A DNA stretch of 27,633 nt from Clostridia bacterium (GCA_016938455.1 JAFGUQ010000263.1:1-27633), one strand, 5' to 3'; shown: positions 15,165 through 24,025, numbered from the stretch's first letter. Translations and numbers: made by a program. The notes: generated from the sequence alone by a model not told the origin.

Positions 15165-15764
15165 CTATTGTAAATAATATAATCCTTTATACATGACAAA
15201 GCATCTGGTCACTGCTTTGACTCCTCGGCCATCTCCTCTTGGAATGATAATCAGGTGGTTTGATGTTAACGATGTACCATCTTTTAGATCAGTTCCTACA
15301 GTGACATCTGACAGGCCTTCATTTAATTTATTACCAATGACTTTCGCTGTCCCGCTTCTTAAAATAATTTCTGAAGTATCAGTAGCATATATGGAAATTC
15401 CAGCATCAAGTTCAACAATCTGCCAGACACTTCCATCAGATAAATCAAGTGTCACCTGATCAAGGAAACTGATTTTACTGTCAATGGCATCCAAATTGGT
15501 TTCTATGGCTCCAACCTGTTTTTCCACATTGTCTACACGAAGTGTCACATTGGGATCGGTTGAGGTAGTGGTAGTGGTGGTGGTTGATGTGCCTCCTGTG
15601 ATTGTTATCTGGCTTATTCTATTACTTAATTCAGTAAATTTATAATCTACATAATCAACGCTGGCAAGAAGAACGTCTTCCCCTTTAGCATACCCGTTGA
15701 AGCCAGAAATGATTACTATCAAAGCTAATAATATGGTTACCGGAACCTGAAAATTCTTTTTCAT
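15165..15764 (-). CDS. Secreted or membrane-anchored hypothetical protein with a poly-Thr linker
   Basis: 199 aa. The N-terminal signal/anchor is MKKNFQVPVTILLALIVIISGF. A helical segment follows, then TGGTSTTTTTTTSTDP, a second helical segment and a beta-rich C-terminus. The RBS is AGGAG at 8 nt. It is the first gene after the promoter at 15811-15839. Confidence 0.7.
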   Translation of the reverse strand: MKKNFQVPVTILLALIVIISGFNGYAKGEDVLLASVDYVDYKFTELSNRISQITITGGTSTTTTTTTSTDPNVTLRVDNVEKQVGAIETNLDAIDSKISFLDQVTLDLSDGSVWQIVELDAGISIYATDTSEIILRSGTAKVIGNKLNEGLSDVTVGTDLKDGTSLTSNHLIIIPRGDGRGVKAVTRCFVMYKGLYYLQ

Positions 15765-15810
15765 CTTTTGTTCTCCTTTAAAAAATATCTTTTGTACTGT
15801 TAATATCTAA

Positions 15811-15839
15811 ATTATATATTTATATGGCGAAAAGGTCAA
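15811..15839 (-). promoter_or_regulatory. Sigma-A-type promoter TTGACC-N17-TATAAT heading the long minus-strand gene array
   Basis: On the minus strand, TTGACC is at 15834-15839, followed by an exact 17-nt spacer and TATAAT at 15811-15816. It lies about 47 nt upstream of the ATG at 15764. Confidence 0.6.
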
Positions 15840-15848
15840 ACGCAATCT

Positions 15849-18821
15849 TTAAGTTGCTTCGCTTTCTTTTCTGTTGTTTTCCTTTACACAATATCTGGTT
15901 GAAAATGGTTTCACTCCTTCTGCATGTAATCGTATAATCACATCAGGAGGTTCCATTGGAGAACCTAGAATAATCTGTTCGAATCTTCCGACTCCGCTTT
16001 TTGATATTGTCTCATGATTTCTGATGATATCTCGTGTTTCATTTCCTTCAATGGCAAGTTGAATCAGTGAGAATGCTGAATCAACTTTCTCACCTTCATA
16101 CTCGATTATCGTATTGACAAAGAGATAATAGGGAAGCCAGTTGTCACCATAATTAAGTTTGACTCGCTCTGGAGGATTGAGAACAGTCCTGAATGTGCCC
16201 TGTACTATCTTAATACTGATAGTTTCTGCACTATATTGTTGACAAAATGCTTCTATTATCACATCTTCCTGCTGCGGCGATGAAATCAAAGTGATTTCTG
16301 CCATACCCTCTTTTAAAGCGGCTTCTTGAATCCTCTTCTGATTTAAGAAAGCAGCTTTTCCTGTCAGTCTGAATGTGACGGTATGGTTGTCATTAACCAG
16401 CCTGCCTTTCTCATCTTTTAGCTTAGCTGTTATCTTAGTGCTGCTTTTCCCGTCAGCTAGCAGCAGCTTATACTGACTGGATATTTCAAGTGAATGCGGT
16501 AACGTTCCATATCGTCTCTGCTCACTTCCCTTTTTTATCATCAGATTAATACCGGAAAACTCGATTTCTTCAGAGGTAAACACAATTTCTCCATGGTAAA
16601 AAGTCTGTAAGTCTTCTATTTGATTATCCAATTTCCAATGATCATGAGGTTTAATGTACAGCGAATATGTGTCCTCTTCAAAAAACCAGCCTGCTGTCAG
16701 CTCACTGACTAGACAGAGTAAACTTTCTGCTTCTAACAGCTCATGTCCGTTGCATGTAATATAGTCAGGACTGTCTTCAAGATGAACTCTAATTAAATAT
16801 GCTTTTTTCAAAGGCATATTCTCATATTTCCCTTCTGGCTTTTCAATCTTTATTGTAATCATCTCTTCTGATGCTTCTGAATAGACATCTGTCATCGCAA
16901 AGCTGTTATTTTCATACTCATATGAAATCCCATCATCCTCATATAGCTGCAAGTATGATTGTTCTGATGGATAAGCATCAATTACAAGCAGATTCATTGA
17001 GGAGAGCATAATAGAATCTGATGCTGCTGTCATTGGAATCAAAGCCCCTTCTCTTACAAACAAAGGCCCTCCCACGGTGTCTGGCCAGGTGCATTGCTCC
17101 CACTGCCCGGTACTTCTTATCTTTTTTCTTGTCCAATAATCAGTCCATGTTCCCCGGGGAAGATAAACAGAGGTTTCTTTATCTTCTCCTGTCCCGACTA
17201 AAAGGGAATCGCCAAGCATGAACTGCTTATCAAGATAGTATGTATTCTTGTCATCCTGGAACTCAAGAACCATTGGCCGCATCATGGGAATCCCTCTGGT
17301 ATGAGACTGCCATAACATGGTATACAGATATGGAAAGAGACTGCTTCTCAATCTGGCATAAATACGGGTTATCTTCACATTTTCCTCAGAGAAAAGCCAT
17401 GGTTCACGATAAGTGGCCCAGCTGTCAATCAGCGAATAAGGGGTTAAGAAACCGAAATGAATTCCTTTGGGTGACTCATTTCTCATATCCTGAGATACCA
17501 TGGCATGTCCTGATAAACTTGCATTCAAAGCACCGTTTCCCAGCTGAAAATCTCCTGCCCAGCCGGTTGGGTAACGTTGTGAAGAGACTGATGCGTTATA
17601 TGAATGGAAAATGACAATAGTTCTTTTATTGGTCAGTTTTCTGAATTGCTTGAAAACAGTGTCACTGTATAATGTATTTGCGATATTTCTGGTCTCTGCT
17701 ACCTTGTAGCCTTCATCATCTTTCAGAAAAATTTCAACAGTAGGATCAGTGACCATTTCTGTGGAGGTAATGCATCTTGGATAAGGATCGTCCTGCTTGA
17801 AAAAATCTACGCCATAGTCAAGACTTGTCTTCACTCTTTTTTCAAACCACTTCTCTCTGTTTTTTTCATCCAGATATCCTTCAGTCGGTGCATCACCTGA
17901 TTCCCATAGTTCAAAAGCATATACTCTTTTCTTTAATGCCGAAATCATTCTTTTCGGGTCTGGGAAAAGCGACTTGCTCCACACCCATTCCATGCTGTAG
18001 TAGGTTTCTTCCCACCCCGGTTCAAGACCAATCATATCACATGGAATCTCTTCTTTTCTGAATCTTCCGGCTATGTCCATCACACCTTTTTCATCTTCAA
18101 ATACTCTGGCGATATAGCATAAGCCAAGCGACCATTTAGGTACCATATGAGGTTTACCAGTTAAAGCAGTGTATTTTTCAATGATTTCTTTAAAATCGGG
18201 ACTGCCAAAGATGAAAAAATCAGTCTCCCCGCCTGTTGTCCTGATTGTATAGCTATCATCAGATGTAAAATCGAAAATATGATCGTAGGTATTGGCAGAA
18301 AAGAATCCATAACCTGCTGTACTCATGAAAAACGGCACTGTTGCCTCTGCCCACCGGTATCCTTTTGTGAATGTCAGCTGGTGCCCTCTGGCATCAAATG
18401 TTTTCCGCTGAAATCCGAATCCGTAAAAATGCTCTTCGTCTTTCATCACAAAGCCAAGGGTACTTCCACCTTTATCATTGTCAGGTTCAACACTGCAGTT
18501 TTTTAAGAAAATGTTCCCTGTCATGTCTTTCCATGTAATGAGACCGCTGTCTTTTAAAATAGTAATGAATATTTTAAAAGAAGACACTTCATAGCAGTCA
18601 TCTTTTTCAACCACATTAAAAGAAGCGGGACAAAGTGACTCCCTGACAAAACCAAGCGTAATCATAATGGAAGGTCTGGGATTGAGGTTCTTTGATATTC
18701 TTACTCGGCATACATTCTCATCAATAAAGTCTAAGATCATATGACTTCCGTCTGATTTGTGAAAGATAAAGGAGCTGTCCTTTATTTCGTATTGTTTTGT
18801 ACTGCTTGAATCATGCATCAT
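15849..18821 (-). CDS. Glycoside hydrolase family 31 (alpha-glucosidase/alpha-xylosidase type) with a C-terminal bacterial Ig-like (Big_1-type) region
   Basis: 990 aa. The YicI-like nucleophile region is GVDFFKQDDPYP, and the acid/base region is YPTGWAGDF. The C-terminal segment ADGKSSTKITAKLKDEKGRLVNDNHTVTFRLTGKA...GMAEITLISS fits the invasin/intimin Ig-like pattern. There is no N-terminal signal peptide. The second ATG at 18818 has better spacing from GAGGA. Confidence 0.88.
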   Translation of the reverse strand: MMHDSSSTKQYEIKDSSFIFHKSDGSHMILDFIDENVCRVRISKNLNPRPSIMITLGFVRESLCPASFNVVEKDDCYEVSSFKIFITILKDSGLITWKDMTGNIFLKNCSVEPDNDKGGSTLGFVMKDEEHFYGFGFQRKTFDARGHQLTFTKGYRWAEATVPFFMSTAGYGFFSANTYDHIFDFTSDDSYTIRTTGGETDFFIFGSPDFKEIIEKYTALTGKPHMVPKWSLGLCYIARVFEDEKGVMDIAGRFRKEEIPCDMIGLEPGWEETYYSMEWVWSKSLFPDPKRMISALKKRVYAFELWESGDAPTEGYLDEKNREKWFEKRVKTSLDYGVDFFKQDDPYPRCITSTEMVTDPTVEIFLKDDEGYKVAETRNIANTLYSDTVFKQFRKLTNKRTIVIFHSYNASVSSQRYPTGWAGDFQLGNGALNASLSGHAMVSQDMRNESPKGIHFGFLTPYSLIDSWATYREPWLFSEENVKITRIYARLRSSLFPYLYTMLWQSHTRGIPMMRPMVLEFQDDKNTYYLDKQFMLGDSLLVGTGEDKETSVYLPRGTWTDYWTRKKIRSTGQWEQCTWPDTVGGPLFVREGALIPMTAASDSIMLSSMNLLVIDAYPSEQSYLQLYEDDGISYEYENNSFAMTDVYSEASEEMITIKIEKPEGKYENMPLKKAYLIRVHLEDSPDYITCNGHELLEAESLLCLVSELTAGWFFEEDTYSLYIKPHDHWKLDNQIEDLQTFYHGEIVFTSEEIEFSGINLMIKKGSEQRRYGTLPHSLEISSQYKLLLADGKSSTKITAKLKDEKGRLVNDNHTVTFRLTGKAAFLNQKRIQEAALKEGMAEITLISSPQQEDVIIEAFCQQYSAETISIKIVQGTFRTVLNPPERVKLNYGDNWLPYYLFVNTIIEYEGEKVDSAFSLIQLAIEGNETRDIIRNHETISKSGVGRFEQIILGSPMEPPDVIIRLHAEGVKPFSTRYCVKENNRKESEAT

Positions 18822-18841
18822 AAATCCTCAATTTCTTTGAT

Positions 18842-18871
18842 ATTCTAAACACAACAAATTACCAATGTCAA
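18842..18871 (-). promoter_or_regulatory. Promoter candidate for the GH31 gene (TTGACA-N18-TAGAAT)
   Basis: On the minus strand, TTGACA is at 18866-18871, followed by an 18-nt spacer and TAGAAT at 18842-18847. It lies about 20 nt upstream of the GAGGA RBS. Confidence 0.5.
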
Positions 18872-18925
18872 TTATATAACATTTTCATGTCAATTGTATC
18901 TGTCTGTTTTTCAGCTGAAATGAAT

Positions 18926-20080
18926 TTATGTTGAAAGAAGGTAATTCTGAATTTTAACAATCTTCCCATTCTTGATATACACTCTAGGAACTCTCATGCC
19001 GATTTTGCAGATGATTTCGTAATTGATGGTCCCGCAAAGTTCAGCAATTCTTTCTACCGTCAGCACATCATCAAATAGAATGACCTCATCTCCTTCTTTC
19101 ACATCGACTCCGGTAATGTCTGCCATGCACATATCCATGCAGATATTTCCAATAATCGGGACTTTACTGCCGTTAATGGATACATTGACTTTGGAGGAGA
19201 GCTGCCTTGAAAATCCATCAGCATATCCGCAGGCAATAGTCGCTATGCGGGTCTTCCCGTCAGTGATAAACTTTCCCCCGTAACTGACAGGTTGATTACC
19301 TTCAATCTCCTTTATTTCAATCACTCTTGATTTGAATGTCATTGCCGGTATTAAATTGAGATTGCTTGAGTTCTTCACATATTCTGACGGATACAATCCG
19401 AATAGAATGATTCCCGGTCGTACCATGTTCAAATGTTTATCGCGGTGAAGAATGACCCCTCCGCTGTTGCAGGTATGCCTTATTTTTATGTCATAGCCTC
19501 TTTCTTCTATCAATGACAGAATGTCAGTAAACCGCTCATATTGCAGATTAGTATACTTTCTGTTTTTTTCATCCGCTTTTGAGAAATGAGTAAAAATGCC
19601 ATTCACCTCAAGATTGTCAAGTTTCAATGCATCAAAGATACTTTCAGGATCAGTATAGTGAAATCCGATACGGTTCATCCCCGTATCGACTTTCATATGT
19701 ACCTTAACGTTTTTCTCATATTTTTTGGCCGCTTCAGACATATTCCTTGCCCGATCATAACTGAATACTGAAATGGTAATGTCATTATCAATGATTTCCT
19801 CGATTCGGTCGCTGTCAATGTATCCAAGAACAAGCAATGGTACATCAATCTTATTTTTTCTAAGCTGAAGAGCTTCATCCAAAGTAGCAGTTGATAACAT
19901 CGCCACATTGTTTTCACACAATATCTTTGCTGTTTCGATAACACCATGACCGTAACCATCTGCTTTGATGATTCCGTTAATCATCACCTCATCACCAACA
20001 TGATTTTTAATCTGCTGATAATTATGTGAAATATGATCTAAATTGATTTCAACCCATACACGATCTGGTTTTTTCTTCAT
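18926..20080 (-). CDS. alr: Alanine racemase
   Basis: The PLP-lysine motif is IKADGYGHG. A conserved C-terminal Tyr region is present (SYGG...ATIACGYADG). I prefer the ATG at 20080 (MKKKPDRVWVEINLD), which matches the usual Alr N-terminus. The 33-codon upstream extension in the track lies inside nnr. Confidence 0.9.
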   Translation of the reverse strand: MKKKPDRVWVEINLDHISHNYQQIKNHVGDEVMINGIIKADGYGHGVIETAKILCENNVAMLSTATLDEALQLRKNKIDVPLLVLGYIDSDRIEEIIDNDITISVFSYDRARNMSEAAKKYEKNVKVHMKVDTGMNRIGFHYTDPESIFDALKLDNLEVNGIFTHFSKADEKNRKYTNLQYERFTDILSLIEERGYDIKIRHTCNSGGVILHRDKHLNMVRPGIILFGLYPSEYVKNSSNLNLIPAMTFKSRVIEIKEIEGNQPVSYGGKFITDGKTRIATIACGYADGFSRQLSSKVNVSINGSKVPIIGNICMDMCMADITGVDVKEGDEVILFDDVLTVERIAELCGTINYEIICKIGMRVPRVYIKNGKIVKIQNYLLST

Positions 20081-21599
20081 AAAGTACCCTCTCTGCCTGT
20101 TTGATGTTAGTAATGATATCGGATGCCATGAGTCCGTTTTCTCCGGTTTCTTCTTTTGCTTTGTCTCCTGCCAATCCATGAAGGTACATGCAATAGGCAG
20201 CTGTTTTTAAGGGATTATCACTTCTTGCAAGTTTACCTGCCATCATTCCTGCAAGTACATCACCGCTTCCGGCAGTAGCCATCCCGGCATTTCCTGAACT
20301 GTTGAGATAAACTGTCTTTCCATCTGTGACAATGCTTATATGCCCTTTTAACAGCACAATTGTATCATATAAAAGAGCAAATTTCTTTGCCTGATTGATT
20401 CTGTCTTCTTGAATCTGTGAAACTGTCATATCAAGAAGATGTGCCATTTCTCCTGGATGAGGAGTGATGACGGCAACACTCTTTTTGTTTTTCAATATAT
20501 TCAAGTCCTTCTTCATGTCTCTTATTGATGCCGCATCAATGACAACGGGAATTGATGTCTCCTCAACTACTTTCTTTATGATACGCTGGCTCTCAGACTC
20601 CATGGATAATCCAGGTCCGATGACCATGCAGTCTATGTTCTTTATTTTTCCCAATATCTCATCTGCCTGCTGGTCTGAAAGAAATTCTTTCTGCTGATCA
20701 TCAATTTCAATGCAGATGGCTTCAGGAACCAGCTGGTTATATTCATAGATGCGGCTCTTAGGGACCATAGAATAAGTATATCCTGCACCGGCAGCCATTG
20801 AGGCTCTGGCGCATAATGCGTAAGCACCTGTCATTCCACGGCTTCCTGCAATCACCAGTACACGGCCGTAATCACCTTTAGAAGTCATATCTTCTCTGAT
20901 GGAATACTCTTCTAAAGCCATTTTCCTGTCAAACACCATATAATCACCGATCAGGTTCTCATATGCTTTTTCAGGAATATTGATCGGCAGTGTCACTGTT
21001 TCTTTACTGTATGAAAAACCTGGTTCAGTAAACAGACCCACTTTTGCTTTCCCGAGACAGAAAGTTAGACTGCTTTTCACACAGTGATGAAAAGCTGTTC
21101 CTTTATCACAGTCAAGTCCTGAGGGGATGTCAACTGATATGATATGTTTTTTACTGTTATTCATATGAGTTATGTATTCATGAATCAAACCTTCAACCGG
21201 TCGTTTCAGTCCTGTTCCGAAAAGTGCATCGATAATCAGGTCAAAAGATGACAGGTCAATGTCACTTTTCTTTTCATTAATGCATATCTCAAGAGCCTGG
21301 CAGATGGAAGCATTGGTATGCGCCGGTTCTTTTAAGTCTTTTACTTCAACTGAAGAGAAAATCTCAACAGAAAAACCTGCCAGGAAAAGTTTTCTGGCTA
21401 AAGCATATCCGTCACCGCCATTGTTCCCCGGACCGCAGAAAACAGCTGTTTTCATATTTCTGATACAGGAGAACCTGTTTGTGATTTCAGACATCATTTC
21501 ATTCGCTGCATTTTCCATTAAAACCAGCGGACTGATATGATACTTTGAAAAAGCGACTTCCTCAGCTCTTTTCATATTGTCAGAAGTGATTAAATCCAT
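20049..21599 (-). CDS. nnr: Bifunctional NAD(P)H-hydrate repair enzyme (epimerase + ADP-dependent dehydratase)
   Basis: 516 aa. The YjeF_N motif is CGPGNNGGDGYA. The C-terminal carbohydrate-kinase motif is AGSGDVLAGMMAG. Confidence 0.9.
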   Translation of the reverse strand: MDLITSDNMKRAEEVAFSKYHISPLVLMENAANEMMSEITNRFSCIRNMKTAVFCGPGNNGGDGYALARKLFLAGFSVEIFSSVEVKDLKEPAHTNASICQALEICINEKKSDIDLSSFDLIIDALFGTGLKRPVEGLIHEYITHMNNSKKHIISVDIPSGLDCDKGTAFHHCVKSSLTFCLGKAKVGLFTEPGFSYSKETVTLPINIPEKAYENLIGDYMVFDRKMALEEYSIREDMTSKGDYGRVLVIAGSRGMTGAYALCARASMAAGAGYTYSMVPKSRIYEYNQLVPEAICIEIDDQQKEFLSDQQADEILGKIKNIDCMVIGPGLSMESESQRIIKKVVEETSIPVVIDAASIRDMKKDLNILKNKKSVAVITPHPGEMAHLLDMTVSQIQEDRINQAKKFALLYDTIVLLKGHISIVTDGKTVYLNSSGNAGMATAGSGDVLAGMMAGKLARSDNPLKTAAYCMYLHGLAGDKAKEETGENGLMASDIITNIKQAERVLYEEKTRSCMG

Positions 21600-21611
21600 G
21601 TGTAAATTATA

Positions 21612-23978
21612 TCATATCGAATAAAAGGTTGATAATGAATTGTGAATTTTTTTATTGCTTTGCGTAAAGTATTCAATCTCCCACCAGGGTGGAAACAGTC
21701 TTCTGTATTTAGCTCCTGCAAACCGCGAATCCACTAATATGACAAACCCTCTGTCATTCTCTGTTCTGATGACTCTTCCTGCTGCTTGAAGAACCCGGTT
21801 GATTCCAGGATAGGTATAGGAATAATCAAACCCTTTATTATCAATTCTGTCATAATAGTCCTTGATCATCTCATTTTCAGGGCAGATCATGGGTATCCCG
21901 GTACCAATGATGACTACTCCGTTTAATTTCTCTCCTTCAAGGTCTATTCCCTCACCGAAAATGCCTCCCATGACCGCAAAAGCCACCAGCGTCTTTTCTC
22001 CATGATCATCAAATCGTTCCAGAAAAATTTCTCTTTCAATCTCATCCATCCCCTGTTTCTGAACCATGATTTCCACATCATAAACCATCTCTCTGTATAT
22101 TTCCATCACACTGTTGAGATATCTGTATGATGGGAAATAGACAATATAGTTTCCAATCTGCCGTGAAAAAGCCTCTTTCAGCAGCTGAGCAATCTCTGTG
22201 TATGTCATGTCCCTGTCTTTATACTTTGTACTGATTCTTCCTTCAACAATGACTTTGAAATTTTCAGAAGGAAACGGGGAATAAAGGGAAATACTCTTGT
22301 CAAACTCTCTACCGCCCAAAATATCCATGTAGTAACTTTTAGGTTCAAGAGTAGCAGAAAACAATGTTGTGCAGATTCCGCAGTCCATGGCTTTCGATAA
22401 CAGGTGTGAAGGATCAAGGCACATCAGTTTTACTGACATGTCACTGCCTTTGATCTGATAAAAGCTTTTATATCTGACATCATAAAACTCTGACACCTTT
22501 GAAAAATAGTAAAGCTTGAAATACAAATCAAGAAACAGCGCCTGATACTCCGCATCCATTTCATAATCAAAATATTTCTCCATAACCGTAGCCAGTCTTC
22601 TTACTTCAGTCACCAGTTTGGCAGGGATATGATTTTCCATATAGTAATCTTCACTTTTCATATCAAAACAGTCTTTTTTGATTGTATTCATTTCCTTGTT
22701 CACATTTGCCAGGCGTTTCTTGACATCCATCCAGGTAGGATTGGTCTTCCGCCTAAGCATCAGTATCTCACTTTTTACGATTTCAGCCGAATACATGCTT
22801 CTGCCCCGGTCAACCAGATTATGAGCTTCGTCCACCAGAAAGCAGTACTTTTCATTCACATCAATAAAAAACCGCTGCAGCTTGATTCTAGGATCAAACA
22901 GATAATTATAATCACAGATAATCAAATCACTGTAACTTGCAGTATCAAGCGACAATTCAAACGGACATATGTTATAGATGGAAGCATATTTATTGATTGT
23001 CTCACGGTCGAAATACTGCTCTTTCAGTAACTCTTTTCTGCAATGAGGCATCCTCTCGTAATAGCCTCTTGCTTTTTCGCAGACTAACGGGTCACAGTTT
23101 CTCACTTCATATGGACAGACCTTGTCTTTGGCTGTAATGACGAGTGTTCTGAGATTCAATCCGTTCTTATTGAGTATCTTATATGCCTGCATCGCCACTT
23201 TGGCAGTCACTGTTTTTGCAGTCAGATAGAATATCCTGTCAACAAGTCCTTCGCCAAGCGCTTTAATCGCCGGAAACAAAGTACCCATGGTCTTTCCGAT
23301 TCCGGTTGGTGCGGTGACATAAAGCCGCTCTTCATCGCGGATCGCACGAAACACTTTTGCAGCCAGTTCTCTTTGTCCGGCCCTGTAGTCAGTAAAGGGA
23401 AATTCCATAGTCGCGGCACTTATGTTTCTGATCTGCAGCCATTTGGTCTGTGTGGACATCCAGTTCAGATAGTTATTGGCATACTGATCAAAAATTTCTT
23501 TCAATTGTTCAATGGTATAGGTGATCTGAAATGATTTTTCCTGGTCATTTTCACGATTTATGTATATAAGGACTATATCAAGCTCACTGATGTCATTTTG
23601 AATTCCATAAATATATCCGTAGCAGAAAGCCTGTCCCCAATGATTGACATATTCCTCAGGGTCAATATGATCTACATCACGAAGGGTTGTTTTCACCTCA
23701 TATATGGTCACTTTTTCATCAATCAGAAGTCCGTCTATCCTTCCTGAGATATCAAGGCTGACTATTTCATTCTCAACTTTAATAGCAAGGTACTGTTCTT
23801 TGGTGAATTTTTCTTTTCCATGCAGATCAACCATTTTTTTTTGAAAATAGGAATGGATGGCAGTGCCTTCATACGCACTGTCTATCATTGAGAAAGAACC
23901 TTTCTTTTCTATATTTCCTTTATTCACTGAAAAACTTACCAGATCTTTGACAGCTACTTTAATCAGTTTCTTATTCAT
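21612..23978 (-). CDS. Fusion of an N-terminal PD-(D/E)XK (RecB/Cas4-like) nuclease domain with an XPD/DinG/Rad3-family Fe-S DNA helicase
   Basis: 788 aa. Nuclease motifs are GRIDG (D82), IYEVK (E94, K96) and QAFCY (QxxxY, 116-120). Helicase motifs are APTGIGKT (Walker A), VDEAHNL (DEAH box) and QAAGRVIR (motif VI). The four-Cys cluster inserted in helicase domain 1 is C288-x6-C295-x4-C300-x12-C313, followed by NICPFE. Confidence 0.85.
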   Translation of the reverse strand: MNKKLIKVAVKDLVSFSVNKGNIEKKGSFSMIDSAYEGTAIHSYFQKKMVDLHGKEKFTKEQYLAIKVENEIVSLDISGRIDGLLIDEKVTIYEVKTTLRDVDHIDPEEYVNHWGQAFCYGYIYGIQNDISELDIVLIYINRENDQEKSFQITYTIEQLKEIFDQYANNYLNWMSTQTKWLQIRNISAATMEFPFTDYRAGQRELAAKVFRAIRDEERLYVTAPTGIGKTMGTLFPAIKALGEGLVDRIFYLTAKTVTAKVAMQAYKILNKNGLNLRTLVITAKDKVCPYEVRNCDPLVCEKARGYYERMPHCRKELLKEQYFDRETINKYASIYNICPFELSLDTASYSDLIICDYNYLFDPRIKLQRFFIDVNEKYCFLVDEAHNLVDRGRSMYSAEIVKSEILMLRRKTNPTWMDVKKRLANVNKEMNTIKKDCFDMKSEDYYMENHIPAKLVTEVRRLATVMEKYFDYEMDAEYQALFLDLYFKLYYFSKVSEFYDVRYKSFYQIKGSDMSVKLMCLDPSHLLSKAMDCGICTTLFSATLEPKSYYMDILGGREFDKSISLYSPFPSENFKVIVEGRISTKYKDRDMTYTEIAQLLKEAFSRQIGNYIVYFPSYRYLNSVMEIYREMVYDVEIMVQKQGMDEIEREIFLERFDDHGEKTLVAFAVMGGIFGEGIDLEGEKLNGVVIIGTGIPMICPENEMIKDYYDRIDNKGFDYSYTYPGINRVLQAAGRVIRTENDRGFVILVDSRFAGAKYRRLFPPWWEIEYFTQSNKKIHNSLSTFYSI

Positions 23979-24025
23979 TTCATCTCCGCAAACATATGTT
24001 CTTGATTAATTATACAATGGAATAA

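Noticed and set aside
18872-18893. Distal TTGACA (18888-18893) plus TATAAT (18871-18876) as a second GH31 promoter
   Set aside because: The spacer between the hexamers is only 11 nt, far from the 16-18 nt optimum. A TGtTATATA extended -10 reading is possible but weak, so only the proximal promoter is listed.
20081-20179. 33-codon N-terminal extension of the alr ORF (MDWQETKQKK...)
   Set aside because: The extension lies within the 3' end of nnr. Alanine racemases normally begin a few residues before the conserved W/V-x-E-I-(D/N)-L segment, which fits the ATG at 20080 with GAGAGGG upstream.
23834-23842. Homopolymer tracts as phase-variation switches (T9 at 23834-23842 in the helicase gene; T8/A8 runs near 4186-4193, 8284-8291, 12663-12670)
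   Set aside because: Runs of 8-9 A/T are common in AT-rich genomes because they encode Lys/Phe. All are currently in-frame, and nothing else (for example a surface or restriction-gene context) suggests contingency behaviour.
23979-24025. Possible promoter (ttgTATAAT) in the 47-nt gap upstream of the helicase gene
   Set aside because: The TG is directly adjacent to TATAAT, so it is not a TGn extended -10, and there is no -35 at the appropriate spacing. This is too weak to annotate, so the helicase may be co-transcribed with the upstream gene.
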